Shown: positions 37,586 to 48,755, numbered from the stretch's first letter. The stretch: 64,000 nt of DNA from Candidatus Spyradenecus sp. (GCA_045535075.1 JAZSKX010000015.1:64001-128000); one strand, 5' to 3'. Program-made: numbers and translations. Notes: generated by a model from the letters alone, not told the origin.

Positions 37586-40573
37586 ATGACATCCTCCGAA
37601 ATTCGTCAGTCGTTTCTTGATTTCTTTAAATCGAAAGAGCACCAGATCGTGCCCTCGTCGAGCCTCATGCCGGACTCGCCGAACCTGCTTTTCACGAATG
37701 CGGGAATGAACCAATTCGTGCCGATTTTCCTCGGGCAAATTCCTTGTCCGTATCCGACGCATCGCGCCGCAGACACGCAAAAATGCATTCGCGCCGGAGG
37801 CAAGCATAACGACCTCGAAGACGTCGGCATGGACACGTATCACCACACGTTTTTCGAAATGCTCGGAAACTGGTCTTACGGCAACTATTTCAAAAAAGAA
37901 GCCATTGCGTGGGCTTGGGAACTGATCACGGAGGTTTGGAAATTCCCGAAAGAACGCCTCTACGCGACCGTTTATTGCCCGGACAAATCCAAGGGCGATC
38001 CCGCCGAGTTTGACCAAGAAGCCTACGATGCGTGGGAAAAACTCTTCGTCGCCGCTGGGCTTGACCCGAAAGTCCATATCGTCAACGGCAACAAAAAAGA
38101 CAATTTCTGGATGATGGGCGACACGGGTCCCTGCGGTCCGTGCTCGGAACTCCACATCGACCTTACGCCGAAGGGCGACACGGCGGGAACGCTCGTTAAC
38201 GCCGGCTCGCCGCTTTGCATCGAAATCTGGAACCTCGTGTTCATGGAATTTAACGCGAATCCGGACGGCTCGTTTTCGCCGCTTCCCGCCAAGAACGTCG
38301 ATACCGGAATGGGCTTTGAGCGCGCTGCGAGCATTATTCAATGCACGAAAAATTTCACTGATTTCACCGGCATCATTTCCAATTACGAAACGGACATTTT
38401 TGCGCCGATTTTCCGCGAAATCGAAAAACTTTCCGGCAAAAAATACACATCCACGCTTCCCGCCGCGGGAACGCAGGGCGCAACCGAACAGGAAAAAATC
38501 GACATTGCCTTCCGCGTCATCGCTGACCACATTCGCACGCTTTCTTTTGCCATTGCCGACGGCATCGCTCCCGGCAACAGCGACCGCAACTACGTTCTGC
38601 GCCGCATTTTGCGCCGCGCCGTCCGCTACGGGCGCACGCTCGGCTTCAAGGAACCGTTTTTCTACAAACTCGTCGACGTGCTCGCGGAAACGATGGGCGA
38701 TGTCTTCCCGGAAATCCGTTCCCGCCGCGAGTTCGTGCGCGACACGATTCGCGTCGAAGAAGAAGCGTTTAACAAAACGCTCGATGCCGGGCTGACGATT
38801 TTTGAAGAAATTATTGCGCTGAAAAATTCCGCCAAGGAATTGCGTATCGGAATCGCGGATACAATGAGCCTTTCCGAAGAAGCGCTCAAAGGCGGGAACG
38901 CAACACTCGCGAAAATCGCCGATCACATGGCTCTTAATATCGCGAAATTCGTTCTCGGCTTCGGCAAACCCGTCAACACTGAGCTTGCGCGCCGCATTTT
39001 CACGCGCTCCGATGTTAAAGCTCTTTACACGAGCGCGCACGCCGTGCTCAACGCGCCGGAAGATAAAGACGCGCTCGCGAATTTCCGGGGCACGCTCGCA
39101 AACTTCCTCGCCGTCAGCACCGAGCTGAACGATGTTTTCAACGGAGAAGCGGCATTCCTGCTTTACGATACTTACGGATTTCCGCTCGACCTCACCGACC
39201 TCATGGCGCGGGAACGCGGCTACACGGTGGACGAAAACGCGTTCAACACGCTTATGACCGAGCAGCGGGAACGCGCTCGCGCCGCGCAGAAAAAGCAGAT
39301 CGTTACGCTTTCCGAAATCGAAACGAAGGACGCAACGGAATTTCTCGGCTACGAAACGCTTTCTGCCGAAGCGACGATTCTCGAAGTCGTTGACAACAAA
39401 GGCAAAATCGCCGTCATTCTCGACCGCACGCCGTGCTACGCGGAAATGGGCGGGCAAGTCGGCGACACGGGAACACTTTCCGCGCGCGGCAAGGCTTGGA
39501 AAATCGTCAACACGCAAAAGAGCGGGAACGTGTTTCTGCATTTCGTCGAAGGCGCGGAACCGCCGCCCGTCGGCGCAAAAGCCGCCGTCGTTGTCGATGA
39601 AACACGCCGCCGCGCTATTGAGCGCAACCATACGGCGACACACCTTTTGCACTTTGCGCTTCACAGTGTTGTCGGCAAAGACGTGGCGCAAAAAGGTTCT
39701 TTCGTTTCCGACGAAAAACTGACCTTCGACTTTAATTCCGCCGCGCTCACGCCTGCGCAAGTTTCCGCCGTTGAAAAGAAAGTGAACGAACTCGTGCTCG
39801 CCAACAGCGGGATTTCCTGGACGGAAATTGCGCACGAACAGGCGAAGGAAAATGAAAATATTATCCAGTTCTTCGGCGATAAATACGGCGACGTTGTCCG
39901 CGTAATTCAGGTTGGCGGGAACGCGCACGCGCTCGACGGCTATTCGATGGAACTTTGCGGCGGCACGCACGCGCGCGCCACGGGCGAACTCGGGCTTTTC
40001 CGCATCGTCAGCGAAAGTGCGATTGCCGCCGGTGTGCGCCGAATTGAAGCTTGCACGGGAATGTCCGCTTACGCACACGGAGTCGAAGAAACGCAGTTGC
40101 TGAAAAAACTTTCCGAAAAAACGAAAACGCCGATTGCGGATTTGCAGAAGAAATTCGAAGCGCTCATGGAAGAAAAATCCGCGCTTGAAAAGCAACTCGC
40201 GGCGGTGCGCCAAAAGGAACTCGCGCAACTCGCAAACAAGCTTGTTGCCGAGGCGAAAGATACGGGAACGGCGAAGCAGGTCGCGGCGGTCGTTCCCGCA
40301 ACTTCGCCGAACGATTTGCGCGAAATCGCTTCGCAGCTCGTGAAACAGCTCGGCGACAACGGCGTCGTCATTCTCGGTGCGGCACTCGCTCCGGATAAAG
40401 TTTCCGTCGTCGCCGCCTGCGCTCCCGCCGCCGTCAAATCCGGCGTTGCGGCGGGCAAAATCGTTTCCGCGCTCTGCGGCAAGCTCGGCGGCAAAGGCGG
40501 CGGAAAGCCGGACTTTGCGATGGGCGGCGGGAAAGACGCTTCCGCGCTTCCCGGCGTTTTCGCCGAGCTTTAA
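37586..40573 (+). CDS. alaS: Alanine--tRNA ligase with an insertion of about 100 aa
   Basis: LLFTNAGMNQF, HHTFFEMLGN, DTGMGFER, NHTATHLLH, ELCGGTH, GGGKPDFAMGG. Confidence 0.97.
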   Translation: MTSSEIRQSFLDFFKSKEHQIVPSSSLMPDSPNLLFTNAGMNQFVPIFLGQIPCPYPTHRAADTQKCIRAGGKHNDLEDVGMDTYHHTFFEMLGNWSYGNYFKKEAIAWAWELITEVWKFPKERLYATVYCPDKSKGDPAEFDQEAYDAWEKLFVAAGLDPKVHIVNGNKKDNFWMMGDTGPCGPCSELHIDLTPKGDTAGTLVNAGSPLCIEIWNLVFMEFNANPDGSFSPLPAKNVDTGMGFERAASIIQCTKNFTDFTGIISNYETDIFAPIFREIEKLSGKKYTSTLPAAGTQGATEQEKIDIAFRVIADHIRTLSFAIADGIAPGNSDRNYVLRRILRRAVRYGRTLGFKEPFFYKLVDVLAETMGDVFPEIRSRREFVRDTIRVEEEAFNKTLDAGLTIFEEIIALKNSAKELRIGIADTMSLSEEALKGGNATLAKIADHMALNIAKFVLGFGKPVNTELARRIFTRSDVKALYTSAHAVLNAPEDKDALANFRGTLANFLAVSTELNDVFNGEAAFLLYDTYGFPLDLTDLMARERGYTVDENAFNTLMTEQRERARAAQKKQIVTLSEIETKDATEFLGYETLSAEATILEVVDNKGKIAVILDRTPCYAEMGGQVGDTGTLSARGKAWKIVNTQKSGNVFLHFVEGAEPPPVGAKAAVVVDETRRRAIERNHTATHLLHFALHSVVGKDVAQKGSFVSDEKLTFDFNSAALTPAQVSAVEKKVNELVLANSGISWTEIAHEQAKENENIIQFFGDKYGDVVRVIQVGGNAHALDGYSMELCGGTHARATGELGLFRIVSESAIAAGVRRIEACTGMSAYAHGVEETQLLKKLSEKTKTPIADLQKKFEALMEEKSALEKQLAAVRQKELAQLANKLVAEAKDTGTAKQVAAVVPATSPNDLREIASQLVKQLGDNGVVILGAALAPDKVSVVAACAPAAVKSGVAAGKIVSALCGKLGGKGGGKPDFAMGGGKDASALPGVFAEL

Positions 40574-40868
40574 AGGAATTCCTACAAGTAGAGTTTTCGG
40601 GAGAGTAAAGAAGTCGTCGGTACCCGGTAATTGGGAATCGACGGCTTCTTTGCTTTCTTAAAAAGAAGCGTTCCCGCGGATCTCTCCACGGGAACGTAGT
40701 ATCTAACACTAACTCTATCTAACACTAACACATAAACAAATTTTTAAAACGTTCGTCTGAGCTTCTAAAAGTTTCAAACTAAGCGTTGTTTAATTTCCTA
40801 CTAATATAGTAGGAGAGTTGTAATTATGTCAAATAGTTTTTCGGTGTTTTTTATTTTTTTTTGAAATT

Positions 40869-42695
40869 TTATTCGACAATGCGGACGCCGCCTTTATCGG
40901 CAGAGGCGACCATTTTCGCGTAAGCGCGCAAGGCTTTGGAAATCTTGCGGTTGCGCGTTTTCGGAGTCCACGCTGCGTTCCCGCGGGATTCTTCTTCCCT
41001 GCGGCGAGCGGCGAGCTCTTCGTCGGAAACGCAAACGCGAATCGTGCGCGCGGGAATGTCGATTTCAATCAAATCGTTGTCGCGAATCAGTGCGACGTTC
41101 CCGCCCGCCGCCGCTTCCGGCGAAATGTGTCCGATGGAAAGCCCCGACGTGCCGCCGGAGAAACGTCCGTCCGTAATCAGTGCGCAGAGTTCGCCGAGGT
41201 GTTTCGATTTGATGTAAGACGTCGGGTAAAGCATTTCCTGCATGCCCGGGCCGCCGCGCGGACCTTCGTGCGTGATGACGACGACATCGCCCGGCCCAAC
41301 CTTGCCGCCGAGAATGCCTTCGCACGCGTCGTCCTGCGATTCAAACACGCGCGCGGTGCCTTTGAATTTGAAAACCTTTTCGGAAACGCCCGCCGTTTTG
41401 ACGATGCAACCGTCCTGCGCGATATTGCCGAAGAGCACGGCGAGCCCGCCGTCACGCACGTACGCGTGTTCGACATCGCGAATGCAACCGTTTGTGCGGT
41501 CTGTATCCAAATTTTCATAACGCGTTTCCTGCGAAGCCATTTCGATGTTGCGCGTTCCCGCGGGCGCGGCGTGAGCGCGTTCGAGCGCCTCGGAGGAGAC
41601 GGTCGGCGAATCGATGTCGTTTTGTGCGATGGCTTCGGTAAGCGTCAGCCCGTCGGCGCGGTAAACGTTCCCGTCGATGAGTCCTTCGGCGGCGAGGCGT
41701 CCGATAATCGTCAGGATTCCGCCGGCGCGGTTCACGTCTTCGATGTGATATTTTTTTGTATTCGGCGCAACTTTACAAAGCACGGGAACGCGGCGGGAAA
41801 GGAAGTCGATGTCCTTCATCGTGAAATCCACGCCGGCTTCCTGCGCGATGGCGAGCAGGTGCAAGACCGTGTTGGTCGAGCCGCCCATGGCGATATCGAG
41901 CGTCATCGCGTTCAGGAACGCGGCGCGCGTGGCGATTTGGCGCGGGAGCACGGTGGCGTCGCCTTTTTCGTAATACGCGTAAGCCATTTCGACGATGCGC
42001 TTGGCGGCTTTTTCAAAAAGTTTCATGCGCTCTTTGTGCGTTGAAAGCACGGTACCGTTGCCGGGAAGCGCCATGCCGAGCACTTCGTTGAGGCAATTCA
42101 TAGAATTTGCCGTAAACATGCCGGAGCAGGAGCCGCAAGTCGGGCACGCGAGGCGTTCGAGCTCGGCGAGTTTTTCGTCGGAATATGATTCGTCCGCGCC
42201 CTTGACCATGACGTCGATCAGGTCGTATTTTTCGCCTTCGAAATCGCCGGCTTCCATCGGTCCGCCGGAAACGAAAATCGCGGGAATATTCAGGCGCATT
42301 GCCGCCATGAGCATGCCGGGCGTAACTTTGTCGCAGTTGGAAATGCAAACGATAGCGTCCACGCGGTGCGCGTTGCACATGTATTCGACGGAGTCGGCGA
42401 TGAGGTCGCGCGACGGGAGCGAGTAAAGCATGCCGTCGTGCCCCATGGCGATGCCGTCGTCGATGGCGATGGTGTTAAATTCTGCGGCGAAGCAACCTTG
42501 CGCTTCGATGAGCGCTTTCATCTGTTGCCCGATTTTGTGCAAATGCGTGTGTCCGGGAACGAACTGCGTGAATGAATTGACGATACCGATAATCGGCTTG
42601 CCGAGTTGTTCTTCTTTCATGCCGTTGGCGCGCCAAAGTGCGCGCGCGCCCGCCATGCGGCGACCTTCCGTGCTGAGTGAACTGCGAAATTTCAT
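40869..42695 (-). CDS. ilvD: Dihydroxy-acid dehydratase
   Basis: [41 protein letters not shown]. Confidence 0.97.
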   Translation of the reverse strand: MKFRSSLSTEGRRMAGARALWRANGMKEEQLGKPIIGIVNSFTQFVPGHTHLHKIGQQMKALIEAQGCFAAEFNTIAIDDGIAMGHDGMLYSLPSRDLIADSVEYMCNAHRVDAIVCISNCDKVTPGMLMAAMRLNIPAIFVSGGPMEAGDFEGEKYDLIDVMVKGADESYSDEKLAELERLACPTCGSCSGMFTANSMNCLNEVLGMALPGNGTVLSTHKERMKLFEKAAKRIVEMAYAYYEKGDATVLPRQIATRAAFLNAMTLDIAMGGSTNTVLHLLAIAQEAGVDFTMKDIDFLSRRVPVLCKVAPNTKKYHIEDVNRAGGILTIIGRLAAEGLIDGNVYRADGLTLTEAIAQNDIDSPTVSSEALERAHAAPAGTRNIEMASQETRYENLDTDRTNGCIRDVEHAYVRDGGLAVLFGNIAQDGCIVKTAGVSEKVFKFKGTARVFESQDDACEGILGGKVGPGDVVVITHEGPRGGPGMQEMLYPTSYIKSKHLGELCALITDGRFSGGTSGLSIGHISPEAAAGGNVALIRDNDLIEIDIPARTIRVCVSDEELAARRREEESRGNAAWTPKTRNRKISKALRAYAKMVASADKGGVRIVE

Positions 42696-42779
42696 AGTGA
42701 GGCGAAATTCTACGCGCGTTCCCGCGGGAACGCAAAGCGTTTGTTTTTGAATTTTTGGGGAGTCGGGGGAAGGGAATTT

Positions 42780-43403
42780 TTATTCCCAGATGAATTGGTG
42801 TTCCCGTGAGAGCCAGGATTCGAGGCGGTGGACGTAGTGCGCGATATCCCGGGAATCGACGCAAAGTTGCTCTAGAGGCGTTTTTAAAACGGCGGCGATG
42901 CCTTCGCGGTCTTCAAAGCAGGAGTTTTCAAACCAATCTTCCCGAACGGGATAGCCGTTGTCGCGGGCGAGCGTCCAAAGCGCCTTGAGATAGGTTGCGT
43001 CCGGATTGGGTTTTTCTCCGAATGCGCGGAATACATTTTCGCTTAATCGGTAAATTCCGGCGTGCGAATCCGGCGGGAACGTATTTTTTGCCAGAAGCGA
43101 CGCAAATTTGCTGGCGCAGACCAAAGCGCTGTAATTTCCGGAAATTCCGACGTTTCGGCGGACAAGGCGATATTCTTTCGCAAACCGCAACGTCGAATCC
43201 GTTCCCGCCTTCGGTTTATCCAAAAGGATTTCCGCTTCGTCGAAAAGATCCGGGACACAGGTGGTTTTGTTCTTGCCTGCAATGCGCACCAAACAAGGCT
43301 GCGCGCCGTATTCTCGAGTGAGAATGACGACGCGCCAGAATTTTTCTCCTTGAACAATCCTATCGAGGATGAATCCGGAAAATAATTTTGCCTTTTCGGG
43401 CAT
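42780..43403 (-). CDS. recO: RecO-like DNA repair protein
   Basis: N-terminal OB-fold pattern GEKFWRVVILTREYG...DLFDEAEI; helical C-terminus with no zinc finger. Confidence 0.6.
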   Translation of the reverse strand: MPEKAKLFSGFILDRIVQGEKFWRVVILTREYGAQPCLVRIAGKNKTTCVPDLFDEAEILLDKPKAGTDSTLRFAKEYRLVRRNVGISGNYSALVCASKFASLLAKNTFPPDSHAGIYRLSENVFRAFGEKPNPDATYLKALWTLARDNGYPVREDWFENSCFEDREGIAAVLKTPLEQLCVDSRDIAHYVHRLESWLSREHQFIWE

Positions 43404-44962
43404 TATTTTGCCTTGCGAACTTCGTCCGCCGGAATGCTGAGGAAGAAGAGCGTTTGCGAGTCCGGAGAACCTTCGTAGAGAACGCCGATGCGCTGATTTT
43501 TATCATCGGCAAACGCAAGTGTCGAGTACCCGGCACAACGGCGTTCGTCGTAAAGCAATCCGTCCGACCACGTTTTTCCGCCGTCTTTCGAGTATTTCAG
43601 CGTCATGTTATTGCGTACACCGGAATTCGGGTTTGAGAAGAAAAGATTTTTCCCGTCAGCGGTGAGTAACGCCGCTTGGCACAAGTTGCCGGGTTGGCGA
43701 AGCTTTTCTCCGTCGAATTTTTTCCAGGTTTCGCCCATGTCCTTCGTGGTGGCAACGATGCGTTCTCCCGGGGAGCCTTGGCGAACGTTCAGCATAATCG
43801 AGCCGTCTTTGAGCTGGACGCAGGTCGACTCGGATCCGCCCCACGGCATTGCCTTCGAGGACGTCCAGGTTTTTCCGCCGTCTTTGGAATAAACAAGCAC
43901 GCCTTTAACGCCTTTGCCTTTGTGCCCCCAAATTTGCGACGGGAAAATCAACGTTCCGTCTTTCGTGCAGATTCCGGCTCCCGGACCTTGGAAGACTAAT
44001 CCCCAATCCTGAGTATCGGAATCCTGAAGGCGCTTGATTTCGGAAGTGATGTTTATCGGTTTGCTCCAGCTTTTCCCGTCGTTGTCGGAAGAAATAAGCA
44101 CCATTTGTCCGCAATTTTGCGGCGAGTCCGTTCCCGTGGAGCTTGTCCAGATCGGGTGTCCGCTTTGCGGCGCCCAAAGTGCGGAAATCCAAATTTTCCC
44201 GGTTTTATCGTCAACGAGGATTCCCGGATCGCCGATACCTTTTTTCACTTCCATGTTTTTCGAGGAAAGAACGGATTCCACGGGCGACCACGTTTTTCCG
44301 CCGTCGGTCGATCGGCTGACGCCGACATCAATGTTTGCGGGAAGGTCGCCGGCGTGATTGTAGCGAATGTCGAAAGTTGCAATCAGTGTTCCCGTCTTCG
44401 GATTTCGCGCAATTGCGGGAATGCGGTAGTTTTTGGATTTCAAGTCACCGGCTTTCGCAACCGCGTAGCCGATGCGTTGTTCGGTTTTGGCGCCTTTGAT
44501 GGCTTGCTTGCGCGCGTTGACCGTGGCACCTGTTGCCGCAAGGACAATTTTGCCTTCGATGTCCGCATTTTTCTTCATCGTGACGCTGACCCAAATATCA
44601 TTGGCGCCGTGTTCGAGTTTCTTGCGCCCGACTACCGTAACTTTCGGAGCTCCCGTGACTTTCGCCGAGCCGAATTTTTCGCCGACCTTGCCGACGGAGT
44701 TCCCGCCGAAATAGACATCGATACTCGCGATGTCGGAAATTTTTGTCGTTCCCGTGAGATTAAATTCAATGCCGGTGAGCGTTTCGCCGTCTGCCTGCAT
44801 TTTAAGATTCATGACGGGATTGTAATCCATGCGTACCATGACGGGCCAGACGTTGGTGGCGGCGGTTGTGTCAACGGCGGCAAGCGCGTTTGCGGCTCCT
44901 GCGAGGCAAAGTGCGGCAAGCGCAATTTTAGCTAGGACGGATGAGATTCGGGTAAGCTTCAT
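43403..44962 (-). CDS. Secreted sialidase (GH33)
   Basis: YRIP motif and five Asp-boxes (e.g. STDGGKTW, SKDGGKTW); signal peptide. Confidence 0.9.
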   Translation of the reverse strand: MKLTRISSVLAKIALAALCLAGAANALAAVDTTAATNVWPVMVRMDYNPVMNLKMQADGETLTGIEFNLTGTTKISDIASIDVYFGGNSVGKVGEKFGSAKVTGAPKVTVVGRKKLEHGANDIWVSVTMKKNADIEGKIVLAATGATVNARKQAIKGAKTEQRIGYAVAKAGDLKSKNYRIPAIARNPKTGTLIATFDIRYNHAGDLPANIDVGVSRSTDGGKTWSPVESVLSSKNMEVKKGIGDPGILVDDKTGKIWISALWAPQSGHPIWTSSTGTDSPQNCGQMVLISSDNDGKSWSKPINITSEIKRLQDSDTQDWGLVFQGPGAGICTKDGTLIFPSQIWGHKGKGVKGVLVYSKDGGKTWTSSKAMPWGGSESTCVQLKDGSIMLNVRQGSPGERIVATTKDMGETWKKFDGEKLRQPGNLCQAALLTADGKNLFFSNPNSGVRNNMTLKYSKDGGKTWSDGLLYDERRCAGYSTLAFADDKNQRIGVLYEGSPDSQTLFFLSIPADEVRKAK

Positions 44963-45008
44963 AGTAGTCTTAATCTGCCTTAAAACGTGTTTCGGGGAAA
45001 GTAAAATT

Positions 45009-45632
45009 TTATTCGAATCCCCGTTCCCGTACGGCACGGCGGAGTGTGTCAAGATCGACGGAAATATTGTTTTGCGGGAGCATATTATTTTTTTCAAACC
45101 AAGACCGATTCATTTCGAGACAAAATCGAATGTCGTCGGATTTTGAATACGTAGAAGTCGTGCTGTTCGCACGCATTGTGTAAACTTCAAGGAGTTTCCC
45201 GGTGGCATCAAAATAGCCGATGTCCAAATCAATCGGAACGTTTTTCATCCAGAAGGCGCGCTGTTCCGATGTATGATAAATGAAAAACATACCCTCGTCC
45301 TCATCGAGCTTGCGGCAACCCATCAAGCCGCGCATGCGTTCGATTTCCGTTAGTGCGAGGCGTGCGTGAATTATTTTTCCGTTGTTAAATGTAATCGGGA
45401 AACGCGTTTGTGCGGACGGATGTTCTTCCGGCTTCGCAACGGCAGGAACGATATACCGGCGGAAAATCGGTTCTTTCCCGAGGTGAAAGCGGACGAAATT
45501 TATGATTTCAATCGGCGGGAATGCTCGGATTACCACGAAGATCCCCAGAGCACAAAGAAACACGCCGCCGAAGATTTTCCAGCGGAGTTTTACGGTGTCC
45601 TTGAGCGGGCGGCGGCGTTCGCGCTTAGGCAT
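45009..45632 (-). CDS. DUF192-domain protein
   Basis: ERMRGLM...GMFFIY...FWMKNVPIDLDIGYFD...LEMNRSWF. Confidence 0.85.
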   Translation of the reverse strand: MPKRERRRPLKDTVKLRWKIFGGVFLCALGIFVVIRAFPPIEIINFVRFHLGKEPIFRRYIVPAVAKPEEHPSAQTRFPITFNNGKIIHARLALTEIERMRGLMGCRKLDEDEGMFFIYHTSEQRAFWMKNVPIDLDIGYFDATGKLLEVYTMRANSTTSTYSKSDDIRFCLEMNRSWFEKNNMLPQNNISVDLDTLRRAVRERGFE

Positions 45633-46284
45633 TGGCTTCGCAGGCGGCGATGACGCGTTGCGTGTGGCGCCGCAGGGCAGAGTCCGGATCGATTTTTGCC
45701 TGGCGGCATGCGGCAATGATTTCAAAAAGCTTTTCGCCTGCGGCTTCTTCGGTGAGTGTTCCCGCGAGAGCATCAATTTTGCGGCGATCGGCGGTTTCTC
45801 CCGGATTGAGATTTTTCTTTTCGACGGCTTTCCACGTGTCGCGCGCGCGCAAGATGTTGTTTAACGTTGCGGGAAGGTCTTTGAAGAATGCCGACGTTTG
45901 TTTTTTCGTGCTATTGCTTTTTTCTCCGGCTTTAATTTCGTCCCATTTTTTGAGGACGGCATCGGAATTCTCAAGCTTCATTTCTCCGAAAACATGCGGG
46001 TGGCGGGAAATCATTTTTTCGTTGACGACACGGGCGACATCCTCGAAGGAAAAATCGCCGTTTTCCCGCGCAATTTCCGCGTGCATGACAACTTGAAGAA
46101 GCAAGTCGCCGAGCTCTTCGCACATATGTGCTTTCTCGTCTAAATCGACCGTCTCAATGAATTCGGCGACCTCTTCGACGAGGCAATCACAGAGTGAACG
46201 GTGCGTTTGTTCCCGATCCCAAGGGCAACCGCCCGGAGCGCGCAGGCGCGTGATGGTTTCGAGTAAATTATCAATGGAAGCCAT
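45625..46284 (-). CDS. mazG: MazG-family nucleotide pyrophosphohydrolase
   Basis: LRAPGGCPWDREQT, EELGDLLLQV, RHPHVF. Confidence 0.9.
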   Translation of the reverse strand: MASIDNLLETITRLRAPGGCPWDREQTHRSLCDCLVEEVAEFIETVDLDEKAHMCEELGDLLLQVVMHAEIARENGDFSFEDVARVVNEKMISRHPHVFGEMKLENSDAVLKKWDEIKAGEKSNSTKKQTSAFFKDLPATLNNILRARDTWKAVEKKNLNPGETADRRKIDALAGTLTEEAAGEKLFEIIAACRQAKIDPDSALRRHTQRVIAACEANA

Positions 46285-46470
46285 AATACGCTAAGGCTAA
46301 GCGTTCCCGCAGAAACCTGCAAATCGGAATTCGACGATTCGGAAAACGGACCTTGTAAATAAAATTCCCGGCCTTGCCAAAGCCGTTGACACCGAAGATG
46401 GCTCATTTCTGCCAAAACCTGAGTTTTGCGTCGTGGGTGCTTAAAGAACGTTGGGTTTTACCTTCGAGAG

Positions 46471-46497
46471 CCACGGAATACACGGAAAGCACGGAAA
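46471..46497 (+). repeat. Three CACGGAA units with a 9-nt period
   Basis: CCACGGAATACACGGAAAGCACGGAAA in the mazG-lnt intergenic region. Confidence 0.7.
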
Positions 46498-46760
46498 TTT
46501 TGACCGCAAAAAATTACAAAATCTCTCTCAGTTTTCCGGATAAGAAAATTCAAGCGCAGAAAGAATAAACATTTCTCATCTGCGTTTATCCGCACAATCT
46601 ACACACGTTTTTTGCGTTCCGAGGTAAAAATATTTTTTTGTTGCCGACGTTTTTCGAAAGCGTCGTTCCCGTGTTTGTTTTGAATTAGACTTTGTCGGAT
46701 AAAGGCGCTTTTCCCGGCGAATGAATTGTGTTAAGTTGCGTGCTGTTTTATCTCAAGGCT

Positions 46761-48470
46761 ATGGATTTACTTCGGAAGTTCCCGCGGCGTTTTTTGGTTC
46801 CCGCACTGATTTTAATTTCGACGATACTTTATGTTTTGTCGATGCCGGGTCCGGATTGTTCGGCTTGTGCGTGGTTTTTTGCCGTACCGCTTTTGGTTTG
46901 GGGAATGCAACGGCCGTCGTGGAAAACCTGGCTTTGGGCGACGTGGATTTTCTGCTACGGATCCGGCGTCATCAACCTGATTTGGCTGAGGCATTTGTAT
47001 CCGCCGCTGGGCTGGATCGCGGTTTTTTCGTTGCCGCTGGTTTACACGGCGTTCATGTGGGTTTGGTTCGTCGCGGCGCGTTCGGTGCTTCCGCTTTGCA
47101 CGGGCGAGCGTTCGCTTTTTTACCGGCTTGCGAATTTTTTCGGTCTGACGGGACTTTGGATCGTTCTTGAGTGGATGCTGACTTGGTTTCTTACGGGATT
47201 CCCGTGGATGCCGCTCGGTGCGACGCAATGGGATTTTCCGGCGATGCTTTCGCTTTGCCGCTTTGCGGGAACGCCTGTTGTCAGCGCGATGCTTATCTTT
47301 TTCAATCTCGGATTGGCGCGCTATATCCGCCGCCAGTTTGTCGAAGTGCGCGGAATGATGGGAATTCCGTCGCCGCTCGCGTTTTTACGTTCGATTTGTC
47401 CGGAATTTTATCTCGCGCTCGTTCCCGTATTTGCGTCGGTTATTTTCTTTGTGTATGCATGTATTAATTACGATGAGAATGCGGAAAAGAAATTTTCTTT
47501 TGTTGCCGTGCAAACGGATTTTGACCCGAATGCCAAGTGGAACGCCCGACTTGTCGCAGAAAATATTTATGTTTTAAAAACGCTGACAGAGGCGGCTCCT
47601 CGGCTTACGCGGGAGACGCCTTGCGTAACGTTCCCGCAGGCGGAAGCTCTCGTAAAACAGGCGGCAAATGCTTCGCCGGGAGACTTGCCGGATTTCGTGC
47701 TTTGGCCGGAAGCGGCGATGCCGATTTACCATATTCAAAAAAATGACAAATTCGGGTTCGCGCGCTTCCTGGAAAATCTTTCCCGAGAAATAAAGATTCC
47801 GCTTGTGCTTGGCGGGATTGCTCCGGCGGAGCCACCGGAAAAATCGGGTTCGTATTATAATTCCGTGCATGTCGTTGATCCGCGATTCGGTTTGGCGGAA
47901 AGTTTTGTTGCGAAACGTCATTTGGTGCCGTTCGGGGAATACGTGCCGTTGGCGGACGTGCTTCCGCTCCGAAAAGTCGTTCCCGTCGAACACGATTGCC
48001 TGCCCGGGAAAAATTTCGAAGCGCTCAAAGTTCGTTCCCGCAAAAACCGGGTTTTGCGACTCGGCGTTCTTGTTTGCTATGAAGACGTTTTTCCGGAGCT
48101 CGGACGGGCGTGTGTCAACGCGGGGGCGGATGCGCTTGCGGTTGTTACCAATGATGCGTGGTACGGGCGTGAGGCGGGCGCGTATCAGCACATGGCGCAT
48201 TCGGTGATGCAGGCGGTCTCGCTCGGCGTTCCCGTGGTGCGTTGCGGGAACGCCGGCTGGAGCGGCGTAATTTCACCGATCGGGCAAATTCAGGCGATGA
48301 AAAATGCTTCGGGAAGTATTTATTTCCGCGGAGCCGAGCGCTTTGACGTTTACGGGACAAAAGATTATGCGCCGACATATTATGCGCGCCACGGCGATTG
48401 GCTCGTTCCCGTCGGTGCGGCATTCTTTGCTCTTGCCGCAATTTTGCGCGTCCGAAAACGTTATCGTTAA
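46761..48470 (+). CDS. lnt: Apolipoprotein N-acyltransferase
   Basis: TGFPW, LWPEAA, KRHLVPFGEY, VCYED, TNDAWY. Confidence 0.93.
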   Translation: MDLLRKFPRRFLVPALILISTILYVLSMPGPDCSACAWFFAVPLLVWGMQRPSWKTWLWATWIFCYGSGVINLIWLRHLYPPLGWIAVFSLPLVYTAFMWVWFVAARSVLPLCTGERSLFYRLANFFGLTGLWIVLEWMLTWFLTGFPWMPLGATQWDFPAMLSLCRFAGTPVVSAMLIFFNLGLARYIRRQFVEVRGMMGIPSPLAFLRSICPEFYLALVPVFASVIFFVYACINYDENAEKKFSFVAVQTDFDPNAKWNARLVAENIYVLKTLTEAAPRLTRETPCVTFPQAEALVKQAANASPGDLPDFVLWPEAAMPIYHIQKNDKFGFARFLENLSREIKIPLVLGGIAPAEPPEKSGSYYNSVHVVDPRFGLAESFVAKRHLVPFGEYVPLADVLPLRKVVPVEHDCLPGKNFEALKVRSRKNRVLRLGVLVCYEDVFPELGRACVNAGADALAVVTNDAWYGREAGAYQHMAHSVMQAVSLGVPVVRCGNAGWSGVISPIGQIQAMKNASGSIYFRGAERFDVYGTKDYAPTYYARHGDWLVPVGAAFFALAAILRVRKRYR

Positions 48471-48519
48471 ATTCGCTTTAATTTTTATTTTTAAACTCTT
48501 AAGCTTTTCGAAACTGTTC

Positions 48520-48755
48520 TTTGTCAGCCCAAATCCTTCCGTTCGGCGCGAGGGAATGCCGTGAAAATCGGCAACAGACGCGCTGCGGTAACGAATGACT
48601 TTTTTCCGCGAGCTGCCGCAAACGGGCGGGCAGTCTCGAAAAGCCAGTGAAAATCTTGCGACAAGCCTTCGGGATGTCGGAATTTTTGCGAAGGCGGAAA
48701 GAGGGCGAATCGCTTGTCGGTTCATAGTTCGAAGTCCGAATATCTTGCTGAGCGG
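48520..48755 (+). ncRNA. Cobalamin (B12) riboswitch
   Basis: AGGGAATGCCGTGAAAATCGGCAACAG...GCTGCGGTAA, GCCAGTG, GCGAAGGCGG and B12-box-like GAAGTCCGAATATCTTGCTGA upstream of a TonB-dependent receptor. Confidence 0.8.

Noticed and set aside
38816..39142. Intein in alaS
   Set aside because: No Cys/Ser start or His-Asn end, and no splicing or endonuclease motifs.
37571..40228. 885-aa minus-strand ORF
   Set aside because: Antisense shadow of alaS with no recognisable motifs.
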